Source: Thecamonas trahens ATCC 50062 (Eukaryota; Protista; Apusomonadida). From it: a DNA stretch of 64,000 nt. A program made the translations under genes and the position numbers. Positions 43,201-53,977 of this stretch are shown piece by piece (position 1 is the first letter of the stretch; each line of letters starts with the position of its first letter). Below the pieces are notes generated by a model that worked only from the letters and a program-made list of their open reading frames with translations, was not told the origin of the DNA and ran no database searches. The DNA lies in NCBI RefSeq assembly GCF_000142905.1, contig NW_013657648.1, positions 326,922 through 390,921 of the forward strand. Direction: 5' to 3'.

Positions 43201-44965
43201 TCTGCGACGTGGTTCACGTCTGCGCCGCCAGTGATGAGGGCATCAAGCGACTCGAGAGCGTTGCGCGGGAGGGCGTAGAAGAGCGGCGAGCCCGACGGCG
43301 CCCATGCGTCGACGGCAGCGCCTGCGTCGAGCAGGGCCGAGACGACGTCTGTGGCGTTGGCGGCGGCGGCGTCGTGGAGCGGTGAGAGGGCGTGCTCGGT
43401 GAGCGGCTCGACCGAGGCACCGGCATCGATGAGGGCGAGGACAGAGCGGCGGGCGTTGGCGCGGGCGGCGAGATGGAGAGCGCTGGCGCTGTGCTGCCAC
43501 GGCGCAGTGAGGTTTGCAGCCTCAGGAAGGGCGTGGAGGAGGACTTTGAGGACCGAGAGGTGGCCACCGGTGGCGGCGTAGTGGACAGGCGTCCCGTAGA
43601 CGGCGTTGTCCGAGCGGATGGAGGCGCCGTGCTCGAGGAGGGCGACGACGCAGTGGACGTAGCCAAAGCCGGCGGCGAGATGGAGGGCTGACTCGGAGGC
43701 CGAGTTGAGAGCGTTGATGAGAGCCTTGCGGGCCGGCTCGTAGGAGAGGCCCGAGACGAGCTCAACGATGACCTCGCGGTGGCCGTACATGGCGGCGTAG
43801 TGGAGCGGGGTGTTGCCAAGAACGTCGGGCATGTCAAGGCGCGCACCTGCGGCGAGGAGCACGTGCACTGAGCCCATGTCGCCCGATGCTGCGGCAAGCT
43901 GCAACGGGGTAGCGTTGTCGCGGCCCTGGGCGTTCGGTCGGGCGGCGGGACGGCCTTGAGTAGGTCGGCGAGGATGGCGGAGAAGCCAAAGGCGGCAGCG
44001 TAGTGGGGCGCCCGCCAGTCGCGCGGGCCGCCTGGACGGGATGCCGAAGCACCGGCCTCGAGCAGGACCTTGACGACGGCGCGGACGCCCGAGGTGATGG
44101 CTAGATGCAGAGGAGTGACGCCGGCCGAGTTGGCCATACACGGCGAAGCACCGCCGGCGAGGAGCTGGCAGACAAGGCCGAGCTCTCCGCGGCCTGCGGC
44201 GAGGTGCAGCGGGGTGAAGCCCTCTGCATCGCGAGCGTCAATGACGAGCGAGCCCGAGCCAGCCGACCGATGCCAGTCATCGGTTGCGGTCATGGCCCTT
44301 CGCCGCCGCGGCGACGGAACGCCTGTACTCGCCACAGAGCTCCTCCGACCAGCCGAAGGCGACTGCGAATGCGAAGAGCGCAGAGAAGCATCACCAGCTT
44401 TCAGTGGATGGCGAGAATACTGACGAGAATGATGATGCCGACCTGAGGTGACTTGAGGCGATGGTGAAGACGACGACGACGAGTGCGAGAGATGATGATG
44501 ACGATGATGATGACGATGACGATGATGATGATCAGCGGGAGACGAGGGATGAGGATGAGAAGGAGGATGAGGAAGAGGATGATGATGAGAGGACTTGTGA
44601 TACTTGAGAAGGATGGCGACAGCATCATGATTGAAAGCAGCAACAGCTACATGAAGCGGTGTCAGCTTTGCAGAGTTTGTGGCATTGGCATTTGCGCCAG
44701 CGGAGAGGAGCAGTGAGGCAATGTCTGTCCGAGGCATTTTGACGGCAAAATGAAGCGGAGTATCACCATGAGCATCCCTTGCATTAACATCCACACCATG
44801 ACTGAGCAAGTGAGAGACAATAGCCAGATGACCTGCTTGGACTCCCAGATGAAGTGGCGTCTGTCCATGGGCATGAGCTGATGATGATGGGTCTGCATGT
44901 TGTTCATGTAAAAGTGAACGAAGTGCTCGAAGGTCACCACTTGCTGCTGCACGGTGGAGGGACAT
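40275..44965 (-). CDS. Multi-ankyrin-repeat protein with His/Ser-rich insertion and basic low-complexity C-terminus
   Basis: More than 20 GxTPLHxAA repeats. ORFs 43214..44965 and 40275..44141 join by a single-C loss at 43936-43937 (restores DPNAQGRDNATPL). Confidence 0.88.
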
Positions 44966-45469
44966 GTTGTGTAAGCCTGGTCGTCGTCGTCGTCGTCGTC
45001 GTCGTCGTGGGTGGGGGTGGGTGGGGTGAGGTGTGGCGCCTGTGCTCGGCGGGATCGATCGTTGGCGGTTGGAGGAGGGTTTGGGGGGAAGTAGGGGGAT
45101 GGGGGGAATGGGGGGGNNNNNNNNNNNNNNNNNNNNNNNNNNNNNNNNNNNNNNNNNNNNNNNNNNNNNNNNNNNNNNNNNNNNNNNNNNNNNNNNNNNN
45201 NNNNNNNNNNNNNNNNNNNNNNNNNNNNNNNNNNNNNNNNNNNNNNNNNNNNNNNNNNNNNNNNNNNNNNNNNNNNNNNNNNNNNNNNNNNNNNNNNNNN
45301 NNNNNNNNNNNNNNNNNNNNNNNNNNNNNNNNNNNNNNNNNNNNNNNNNNNNNNNNNNNAAAAAAACCCCCCCCCCCCCCCCCTACCGTTATCCCCATAG
45401 GCCCCCCCCCTCTCCCACCCCCAAGGGGGGATGGGGGGATGGGGGGATGGCTGTGTTTGTGATGTAGAT

Positions 45470-45638
45470 AATGGTGGTGATGGTGGTGATGGGGGGGTGA
45501 TGATGATGGTGACCGTGATGACCATGATGACCATGATGATGATGACCATGATGATGATGATGGTGACCATGGTGGTTGGTGGGGGTGGGGATGATGGTGA
45601 CGACCGTGATGACCATGATGACCATGATGATGATGACC

Positions 45639-45671
<33 letters not shown>

Positions 45672-45690
45672 GTGGTGATGATGATGGGGG
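45470..45690. repeat. (GAT/GGT/GAC)n trinucleotide low-complexity tract next to a gap
   Basis: Direct inspection. Confidence 0.8.
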
Positions 45691-45763
45691 AATGGGGATG
45701 GGGCTGGGCGTTGTGGTGTAGTAGGTAGTTTCAAAGAAATCATCAACGTGTTCGTGTACATGT

Positions 45764-48700
45764 CTACGCGATCGAGAGCCGCCGCCCAGATGGCGTTCGT
45801 GCATCCACAGCCGACGGCGATCGCCGACGTGGGGAGTCAAGGACGCCAGCTGCGCTGCGCGGCGTTGCCGAGAGCCGTCGTTTCCGGACGCGGATCCGTC
45901 GCCGCGGCGTTGTCGTCGTAGCTGTCTCGGTATCATCGGCCGCCGCCGATGTCGCGGCGCGCGGTGAGGAGTATGCGGCCGATATGATATTCCGCCGAGT
46001 CCGCGGCGTGAGATGCGAGACCGACTTGCGCCGTGCCCGGGATCCGCGCGCCGACTGCGACATGCCTGTCTTGGCTGCCCCGCTCGTTCGGCGATTGATC
46101 CGAGGTTGAGCTTGCGGACCGGTCGACTACTCAGCCCGCTCATCGAGACCATCGTCATGTCCGACGTCGCAGCTCTCGGCGACCCGTCCACCCCACGCCT
46201 GACCGTCAAGCCGGGCGTCTCTTTGCCATCGCCATCGGATGTCGAGATGTCAAACCCGGCTGCGGACGTAGCCGAGGAGCAGCGCTGATGCCGTGGCAGC
46301 AGCCGGCGCATCTGTACCCCAGGCGAGCCGGCCATTGACATCGAGTTTCCTCGGGAGTGGTTGCGCGTTCGCGACACGGACCGCGATGGCGAGCCCGAGG
46401 CTGAGGAAAAGTCGCCAGCCGTCAGCTCGGACGTCGCCTCGCCGGCAAGCCACGACGTTGCGCTCGCTTCCGATCTGCCAGCAGCCGCCGACGTCAGCCC
46501 GGCGGGCTGCCGGACTTGCACTATGGCTGCGTACTTGGCTGCGTGCTTGGAGTACGACTCGGTACGGTTGAGACTGCGCGCCATAAGCGCTGAGTGCCGC
46601 TCGTTGCGTGCCGCCCGATGCGCTGCAATGTCCAAGGACTTGCCGTTGTGCTTGAGGGCAGCATTCGCTTCCTGAACCCCAGCCAGCACCCGATCCAACC
46701 TCGGCGACATCCCGCCGTTGCTGTTGGCTGCAGCCGGCATCCGCGGCGTCAGGGCAGGGTTCATGTCGAGCCGTCTCTCGGTCACCGTCCCGGCCTTGAC
46801 TGCAAGATACAGCGGGACTTCGTGTGACACCTGGAGCGGGTAGATGGCCAGCTGATCCGGAAGCGGCACAGGCATCGCCGCAAACGTCGCATCATCCAGC
46901 ACCACTGCGCCGTCGTAGCTGTGTGCCGTCGCCGCTCTGTACGCGGCAGCCACACAAACGCGCTGCTTGGGCACTGAGCTGAGTCCAACGTGGTTGCAAG
47001 TCGTCACCGCTACCGTGATCCGAGGCCCGCGCCAGATCCGCACAGGTCCATCGCCGCTGCTCTTGACCGACGACGCGCAGAGCGGGTGCGAGACAAGGGC
47101 ATTGGACCACTCCACATCAAGCAGTGCATCCTCGATAGCGACGGCAGTCTCCACAGCCGTGAGCGCCATGTCGGCTGGAAACATCGCTGCCGCGAATGAA
47201 CCATCGCCATCGACGAGGTTGAACGGCATGCCGCCCGCTCCAACCACCTGAGAGTAGACAACGTCCACGACCAGATCCATAGCCTCTTGCGCAAGCTCTG
47301 GCGAGCTGCTTGCAAGCTCGGTGTAGATCGGCATGTACGCCACCAAGCACCTGCCCGACGGGCAAAGCTGCAACTTCTCTCCGGGTGTCACCTTGTTGGT
47401 CTGCAGCCGCCGGCGCTGATACCGGACGCAGCAGCATGCCACACAGCAGAGAAGGAGGACGATGACAAAGATCATGACGTTAATGGGAGAAGCATACGAT
47501 GCCACGCCGCTCGAACTTGATGACGACACGTCGAGGCCACCGCAGCTGGCCCCGTCGCCAAAGCAAACACCGCAGGCATCGCGCTCGTTTGGCGCGCAGA
47601 GTGATGTAGGCGGCGGCGGCGGCGATGGGGGAGGAGGTGGAGATGGCGGAGGAGGTGGAGATGGCGGCGGTGGCGGCGATGACGGCGGTGGCGGCGGTGG
47701 CGGCGGTGGCGGTGATGGGGGAGGAGGTGGAGATGGCGGTGGCGGCGGTGATGGTGGTGGGGGTGGTGATGGTGGAGGAGGTGGAGATGGCGGCGGTGGC
47801 GATGGCGGTGGCGGCGGCGATGGCGGTGGGGGTGAAGGCGGCGGCGGGGGTGACGGCGGCGGCGGTGACGGAGGAGGAGGAGGAGATGGCGGTGGCGGCG
47901 ATGGCGGTGGCGGCGGCGATGGCGGTGGGGGTGAAGGCGGCGGCGGGGGCGATGGCGGCGGCGGGGGTGACGGCGGCGGCGATGGCGGCGGCGGCGGTGA
48001 AGGCGGCGGCGGCGGTGGCGGGCCACAGTACGGTGAGGCAGGGACGTACGAGCCGTCCGACTGACAAGTCACCTCGTCGTTGGCGTCCGCGCCGTAGAGA
48101 GTAAAGCCTGGATCGCAAGTGATCTTGAGCGTGCCGTCGACCGGAGCAAAGGTAGCGCCGGTGATGGACGACGGTGCGACCGAGCCATCGGCCACAGCAC
48201 CGTAAAAGTTACACACCGGGTAGTAGCGAAAGTAGATGGTGGGGGTAGGCAGGCCCTTGCCCAAGGTACACGTCCCTGAGTTGCACTTTGTGCCCGATTG
48301 CTCGATGCGCAGCATTAGCCGTGAGCCCGAGAAGGCCGAATCACTAAAGGCAGCGCCCAGCAAGGATCTGATGGCGGTGCCCGAGATGGAAGCAACCGAT
48401 CCGGCCGAGTCTGGCACGTTTTCCACAACATAGCTTCCTGTGTATGGCGTAGCTGTGTTGAGACGATAGTCGGTCTGCCAATAAGAGTCATCGAACGACT
48501 TTGCCTTGTCACTGCTTGCAATGCCGTAGTACGCCAAGGCCACGTCCATATCATTCGATACGGAAATATACTCAAACTCGATGGCACTCTGCGGAGTGAT
48601 CCAGAAGAAGCCCGTTGTCGTCGATGGCAAACTTGCAAAGTAAGCATTAATAGCACAGACTCGCTCATCATTGACGAGATTAAGGTCAACGCCTTCGCTC

Positions 48701-48861
48701 ATACCTCCGTTGCTCCGCGTCATGCAGGTTATCCAATTTGTTGATTGGACCACGCCGGTCACCGTCTCCATTGTCGGCGCAGCCGAAGCCACCACACACA
48801 GCCACAGGACAACGACCATGGTACATGCTACTGCAGAACATGGTCTGCTGCCCTGGTGCAT
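45764..48861 (-). CDS. Type I membrane receptor-like protein: signal peptide, beta-rich domain, sushi/CCP domain, (SPPPP)n stalk, DACGVCFGDG motif, TM, degenerate class III nucleotidyl-cyclase-like domain
   Basis: LKITCDPGFTLYG...VTCQSDGSY...PYC (sushi), TM MIFVIVLLLCCVACCC, then PSGRCLV...DGDGSFAAAMF...ALLDVEW...IWRGPRITVAV. A single-G loss at 46078-46081 moves the C-terminus into ORF 45764..46063. Confidence 0.75.
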
Positions 48862-49521
48862 GGCTTGGAAGAGTCAAGTGTCGACGAATCGGGCCGGTGC
48901 CTTGGTGCGACCTTCTGCGGGTGAGTCAATATGCAGAACAACGTTTGGTCACGGTAAAGGTGGAGGAATAAAATTTTACCGGAGGCGGTTGATCAGTGGC
49001 CTGCCTGTCGAGTTGATGTGCTGTTCGTACCCAATGGCACAGATGGTCCATCATTGACGACTGAGTTGGATGAGTGGGATAAAGGGGTGGGGAAGAAGCG
49101 TGTTGAGGAGCAGAGGGAGTGCGATGATTAGAATACGGAACCTGTTGAAGGCTGTCTCGGTATATGACAAGGTATCAAAAGTACAGCTGAGGTCTGTCGT
49201 GAGCATAGAACATGCTTGCTAACCTGGTGGTGACGCCGATGCCTTGCTGCAGAAGTGTATCACTATGTGCAATGAACATGCTTGTGATAATGAAGCCGCA
49301 GCTTTTGTAATGCACAAGATGTGGTGAGAAACATTGACCCGGGACTCACAGACTAAAAATTGACATCTACCTGTCACCCAAGCTACTCTGTCAGCTCGCC
49401 ACCGGCTTTCGGTTCTCGCTCCTCGCCAACGGACCCGCTTGTATGCGAGAGCTCAACAAGGCCGTACACACGTCTTGTTTGGCAGAGGAGGCTAATACTT
49501 GGCAGTGCAAACGTTATAGCC

Positions 49522-51261
49522 ATGGCTAGTAACGTCACCGAGTGTGCCATGCCTGAGCTTTTATTTGCGTGCGGAAGCGCGTCGCAAACGTGCCCATCGT
49601 CGTCGGTTGAAGCGGCGGGTGTGGCCGGCGGAGCGATGGTCATCTTTTTCTCGCTGGCGGCTTTGGCGGCGGCTAGCGGGCGATCTACGGCGCTGGCGGT
49701 CTTCTTTCCCATCCGACTCCTGCAGAGCATATACTTGATTGTTTCTGCAAGCTATCGGACGACGTTGGTCTTTTCTCAGCCGCCAGTGGGCTTGGTATGG
49801 GCGCTGCGGATCGGCGCGGCGGTGACGATGGATGTTCCGGTGCTACGGGCGATCGGATGCGAGGACGTGTGGCTGGCACGTGGCGATGCGGCGGCGCTCG
49901 AGTGGTCACTGGTGAGCCAGCTGGGTGTCAGCTGCATGGTCATGGCTGTGGCTGTGGCTGTGGCAGCGGTGCGATCGGTAGCCGACCACGAGGCCGGACA
50001 AAAGCCGATTCGACGAGCCGCGATGCTAACGGCGATGCTTCTGCTTCCGGGCGCGGCGCTTGCTCTCGCGCGCGGAGCAAGCTGTTCGATGCGACCTAGC
50101 CTGCACTCGGTGCATGCGCCGCAATGGTGCTTCGACTCGCCGTGGGGCATGGCGCTGGTGGTAGTTGGTGCCATGATCGGCGTGGCTCTTGTGGCGTGTG
50201 TGGCTGGATGGTGGGTCCTGCTGCGGATGACCGAGTGGGACGAGCTTGTGCACTCGCTGTATCTCTCACGGTATGGGGTGGTGTACGAGGAGTTCAAGAT
50301 GCGCGACGTGGCGCTGTATCGCGGCCTGGGTGGCGCTGTGGTCACTCTCGCGACTCCGTTCATCGCCCTCGCGGTGCCGGACGTTTCAGGCTCAGCGCAG
50401 CCTCGGCTCGGCGGCCTTGCTGCGCTCCTCATCCTTGTCCTGGCGTACGATGTGTTCTTTCGGCCGTATCTCCGCTGGTGGAAGACGGCTGGGAGTGTGG
50501 CGGCTGGGCTGATAGCTGTGGCGGTGTGCGTGGCGGCGCTTCGAGTTGAGCCGCGACCGCTGGTCGACCGCCAGCTGGCAATGGTGCTCGGCGTTGGATA
50601 CAGCCTGGTAGTCTGCGGCGGGATGTATGGCCTGTGGCGGGTGAGTCAGGCGCTGGAACGGGCCCGGGTCGGCCCGTCGCCTGCGGACACGGTGGCGGAT
50701 CCGCTCCAGCTCGGCTCGGAGTTTACCTCGCCATCGTCGTTTGCGCGCTCGACCTGGGTCCGCCGCCTCTCGACCATGTTTGGTCCAGCCGGGAGTGCGA
50801 CTGTGAGCCCGGGGAGAAGCGGCTCGACGCCGCGGCCGGGCACGCCTGGGCGGATGACACAAACTCTGCCGTTTGCGCCGGTAGAGGCAACGCGGGCAGT
50901 GCCCGGGACGGAGCGGCGGCGGGCGCCGCTATCGCCGCTGGCACGCGGCGGCGGCGGGTCGGCATCGTCACTCCGGGCGGCGCGGTACGAGATCGACAAG
51001 GCGACCAACGTGCCGTCGGTGGCTGCGCTCCAGCGACAGGGCAGCGGAGCGGAAAGGTCGCTGCCGAGGCGGCCAGACTCGCGGCAGGGCTGGCCGGCTG
51101 GGCAGCGGAGTGGACTGCGGCCGCTTTCGCAGGGCGCGGCGTGGCTGGTCTCGACGCCCAGCTCGCCAACGACGCGGCCGGCGCGGCCGGTGGCGACGAG
51201 CGAGTCGCCGGCTTTGGCGCCTGTGGCATTCCAGGTCCCGGTAACGCGCAAGGAGCCGTGA
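49522..51261 (+). CDS. Multipass membrane protein (about 9-10 TM) with YGxLYxxF/YK and RPY motifs, disordered tail
   Basis: Hydrophobic segments; WCFDSPW, RYGVVYEEFK and FFRPY match the TM block of protist TRP-like/GPCR-like membrane proteins. Confidence 0.65.
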   Translation: MASNVTECAMPELLFACGSASQTCPSSSVEAAGVAGGAMVIFFSLAALAAASGRSTALAVFFPIRLLQSIYLIVSASYRTTLVFSQPPVGLVWALRIGAAVTMDVPVLRAIGCEDVWLARGDAAALEWSLVSQLGVSCMVMAVAVAVAAVRSVADHEAGQKPIRRAAMLTAMLLLPGAALALARGASCSMRPSLHSVHAPQWCFDSPWGMALVVVGAMIGVALVACVAGWWVLLRMTEWDELVHSLYLSRYGVVYEEFKMRDVALYRGLGGAVVTLATPFIALAVPDVSGSAQPRLGGLAALLILVLAYDVFFRPYLRWWKTAGSVAAGLIAVAVCVAALRVEPRPLVDRQLAMVLGVGYSLVVCGGMYGLWRVSQALERARVGPSPADTVADPLQLGSEFTSPSSFARSTWVRRLSTMFGPAGSATVSPGRSGSTPRPGTPGRMTQTLPFAPVEATRAVPGTERRRAPLSPLARGGGGSASSLRAARYEIDKATNVPSVAALQRQGSGAERSLPRRPDSRQGWPAGQRSGLRPLSQGAAWLVSTPSSPTTRPARPVATSESPALAPVAFQVPVTRKEP

Positions 51262-51282
51262 CGAGAGGGAGCAAGGGGCTAA

Positions 51283-53385
51283 TTAGCTGCGCTTCGGCTT
51301 GGTCTTGGCCTCGGCGTGGAGAGCATCGACCTGGCTGGCGTAGGTCTGGAGAATGTTGTGCCGCTTGAGCGAGAGCTTGGGCGTGAGCATGTCGTTGTCT
51401 GTGGAGAACGGCTCGCGGAGGTAGAGCCAGGCGGCCGGGCGTTCGTACGACTTGAGGGCGGCGCAGCCGGCGGCGATTTCAGCGTCGAGGAGGGCGCGGA
51501 CGCGGGAGGAGTCGAGGAGCGAGGTGGTGGAGGCGCCGGCGTCCAGGCCGTGCTCGGCAGCCCAAGCGCGGAGAGCAGCCCAATCGGGGACGATGAGGGC
51601 GACGTTGGACGGCATGTTTGCGCCGTGGATAAACGACTGCGATATGAAGCGCGAGAGGTTGAGCTTGTCCTCGACAGGCGCGGGGACGACAAACTTGCCG
51701 TTCTCCAGCTTGTACTGCTCCTTGATGCGGCCGGTGATGGTGAGGAAGCCGTCGGCGTCGAGGCGGCCGAGGTCGCCGGTGCGGAAGAGGCGGAGCGACT
51801 TGCCCGGGCCGACACGGGCGTTCTCGACGACGGCCTCGGCAGTGGCCTCGGGTTTGTTGTAGTACTCGACCATGACGTTGTCGCCTGCGATGCAGACCTC
51901 GCCGTCGGTGCCGGAGGGGGCGACGTCGACGAGGTCGCCATCGAAGGACTTTGCAATGACAATGTCAACGCCTGCGATGGGTGGGCCGACGGTGCCGTAC
52001 TTGCGGGCGCCCGGGGTATTGAGGGTGGCGATGGGCGAGGTCTCGGTGAGACCGTAGCCCTCAAAGACGGTGATACCGAGCGCGTCGAGGAGCTGCATGA
52101 TGTGCGGGTCCATGGCGGCACCACCGACAAAAGCGACGCGGAGGCGGCCGCCAAAAGTCTCGCGGATCTTGGTGAGGATAGCCTTGTCGAGAACCTTGAG
52201 GATGAGCGTGTCAAGGATGCTGAGCGGCGGGCCTGAGGCGCCGGCGAGCTGGCGGGTGCGAAGTGCAATGGTCTTCTCAAAGAGCGAGCGGACGATGGGC
52301 GGCTTGCTAGCAAGCTTGTTGTTGATGCCGTCGTAGATGCGGTTGAAGAGGGCAGGGACGGAGAAGAGGACCGTGGGCGAGACCTTCTTAAAGTCCTCGA
52401 GGATGGTCGTGACGTGCTCGACGAGGCCGATGGCGCCGCCCTCGACTAGGAGCGAGTTGAGCTCGCAGGTCTGGCCGTAGGCGTGCGCCCAGGGAAGGAA
52501 CGAGAGCGAGACGTCGCTGCCGTCGTAGAGGAGGCCTGATGGCGAGAGGCCCCAGAGCTCGGTGGGGCGACCGCCTGCGGCAGCGTGGCGGGCGGCGCCG
52601 CCTGCCGCCGCCGCGTTGCCCGATTGAATGGCCTTGAGGTTGGCGACGATGTTGCGGTGGGAGAGGGCGACGCCCTTGGGCGTGCCGGTTGTACCCGAGG
52701 TGTAGATGATGGTGGCGAGGTCGTCTGCGGCCGGCGGGCTGGGCGGCTCGTCGTCGCGGATGGACGCGCCGTAGGAGAGAGCATCGCGGTAGGAGAGAAA
52801 GGGAACGCGCGAGCCAGCTTCGAGTGCGGCGCCGGAGCCAAAGGTAGTCTCTGCGTCGAGGCCAAAGGAGACCTGTGCGCGGAGGGCCGACTCGGGATCG
52901 AGGCCGCCGAGCGGGATGATGGCATGGAGCGGATCGATGTCATCGACCAGGTGCAGGGCCTTGTTGAAGACGGCCGGCTTTGAGACAAGAAGAACCTCTG
53001 CGCCCGAGTCCTCGATGATGTACTTCCAGGTTGACGGCATCTGCGCCTCGTACATGGGCACAAAGACAGCGCCGAGCGAGAGAGTCGCGTAGTAAGCGAC
53101 GGCCCACTCGACGGAATTATTGGAGACGATAGCGACACGAGAACCTTTTTGAGTACCTAGAGCTGCCAACGCCGCTGCAAACGCCGTGACCGAGTCCTTC
53201 AACTCGGAATACTTCATCCACTCGTACACATCCGGCTCTTTGTTCAGCGACGTGTTCTTGTAGCCGAGCACCTTCTTCGAGCTGTACTTGCCCGTCGACT
53301 CGATGAACATGTCCACAACCGTATTAAAACCACGGACCCGTCCTGCCACTCCCATGCCTACTGTCATAGCAGAGAGTCGGAACAT
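51283..53385 (-). CDS. Long-chain-fatty-acid--CoA ligase (AMP-binding, FadD/ACSL-like)
   Basis: IIYTSGTTGTPKGV, SFLPWAHAYG, EGYGLTETSP, FRTGDLG, ITGRIKEQYKLENGKFVVP, LTPKLSLKR. Confidence 0.93.
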   Translation of the reverse strand: MFRLSAMTVGMGVAGRVRGFNTVVDMFIESTGKYSSKKVLGYKNTSLNKEPDVYEWMKYSELKDSVTAFAAALAALGTQKGSRVAIVSNNSVEWAVAYYATLSLGAVFVPMYEAQMPSTWKYIIEDSGAEVLLVSKPAVFNKALHLVDDIDPLHAIIPLGGLDPESALRAQVSFGLDAETTFGSGAALEAGSRVPFLSYRDALSYGASIRDDEPPSPPAADDLATIIYTSGTTGTPKGVALSHRNIVANLKAIQSGNAAAAGGAARHAAAGGRPTELWGLSPSGLLYDGSDVSLSFLPWAHAYGQTCELNSLLVEGGAIGLVEHVTTILEDFKKVSPTVLFSVPALFNRIYDGINNKLASKPPIVRSLFEKTIALRTRQLAGASGPPLSILDTLILKVLDKAILTKIRETFGGRLRVAFVGGAAMDPHIMQLLDALGITVFEGYGLTETSPIATLNTPGARKYGTVGPPIAGVDIVIAKSFDGDLVDVAPSGTDGEVCIAGDNVMVEYYNKPEATAEAVVENARVGPGKSLRLFRTGDLGRLDADGFLTITGRIKEQYKLENGKFVVPAPVEDKLNLSRFISQSFIHGANMPSNVALIVPDWAALRAWAAEHGLDAGASTTSLLDSSRVRALLDAEIAAGCAALKSYERPAAWLYLREPFSTDNDMLTPKLSLKRHNILQTYASQVDALHAEAKTKPKRS

Positions 53386-53977
53386 GTCGCCTTCCCTTAT
53401 GTCTGCAGATGGGTGTGGTGGAGAGGTGTGAGGAGGATCAATCTGNNNNNNNNNNNNNNNNNNNNNNNNNNNNNNNNNNNNNNNNNNNNNNNNNNNNNNN
53501 NNNNNNNNNNNNNNNNNNNNNNNNNNNNNNNNNNNNNNNNNNNNNNNNNNNNNNNNNNNNNNNNNNNNNNNNNNNNNNNNNNNNNNNNNNNNNNNNNNNN
53601 NNNNNNNNNNNNNNNNNNNNNNNNNNNNNNNNNNNNNNNNNNNNNNNNNNNNNNNNNNNNNNNNNNNNNNNNNNNNNNNNNNNNNNNNNNNNNNNNNNNN
53701 NNNNNNNNNNNNNNNNNNNNNNNNNNNNNNNNNNNNNNNNNNNNNNNNNNNGGGGGGCGGGGGGGTGAGCGGCTGGCGGCGGTTGGGCGGCGGCTTTTGC
53801 CTCGGTCAGGCGCAGTGGACGATTTTGGATTGGTTTCGGGCGAGGGGGATGGGAGGGATGGATGGAGGGGAGGGTGTGTGTAGATGGGGTGGATGGGTGT
53901 AATGGCATGATGGTGTGATGGTGTGATGTGGTGACGGCTTGTGGAGGGTCGTCCATCGGTCACTCGTCACGCAGGGA

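Noticed and set aside
44662-48861. 1399-aa ORF spanning the gap, and His-rich ORFs at 44934..45761
   Set aside because: Read-through across Ns and a trinucleotide tract after a frameshift; the real gene most likely ends at 45764.
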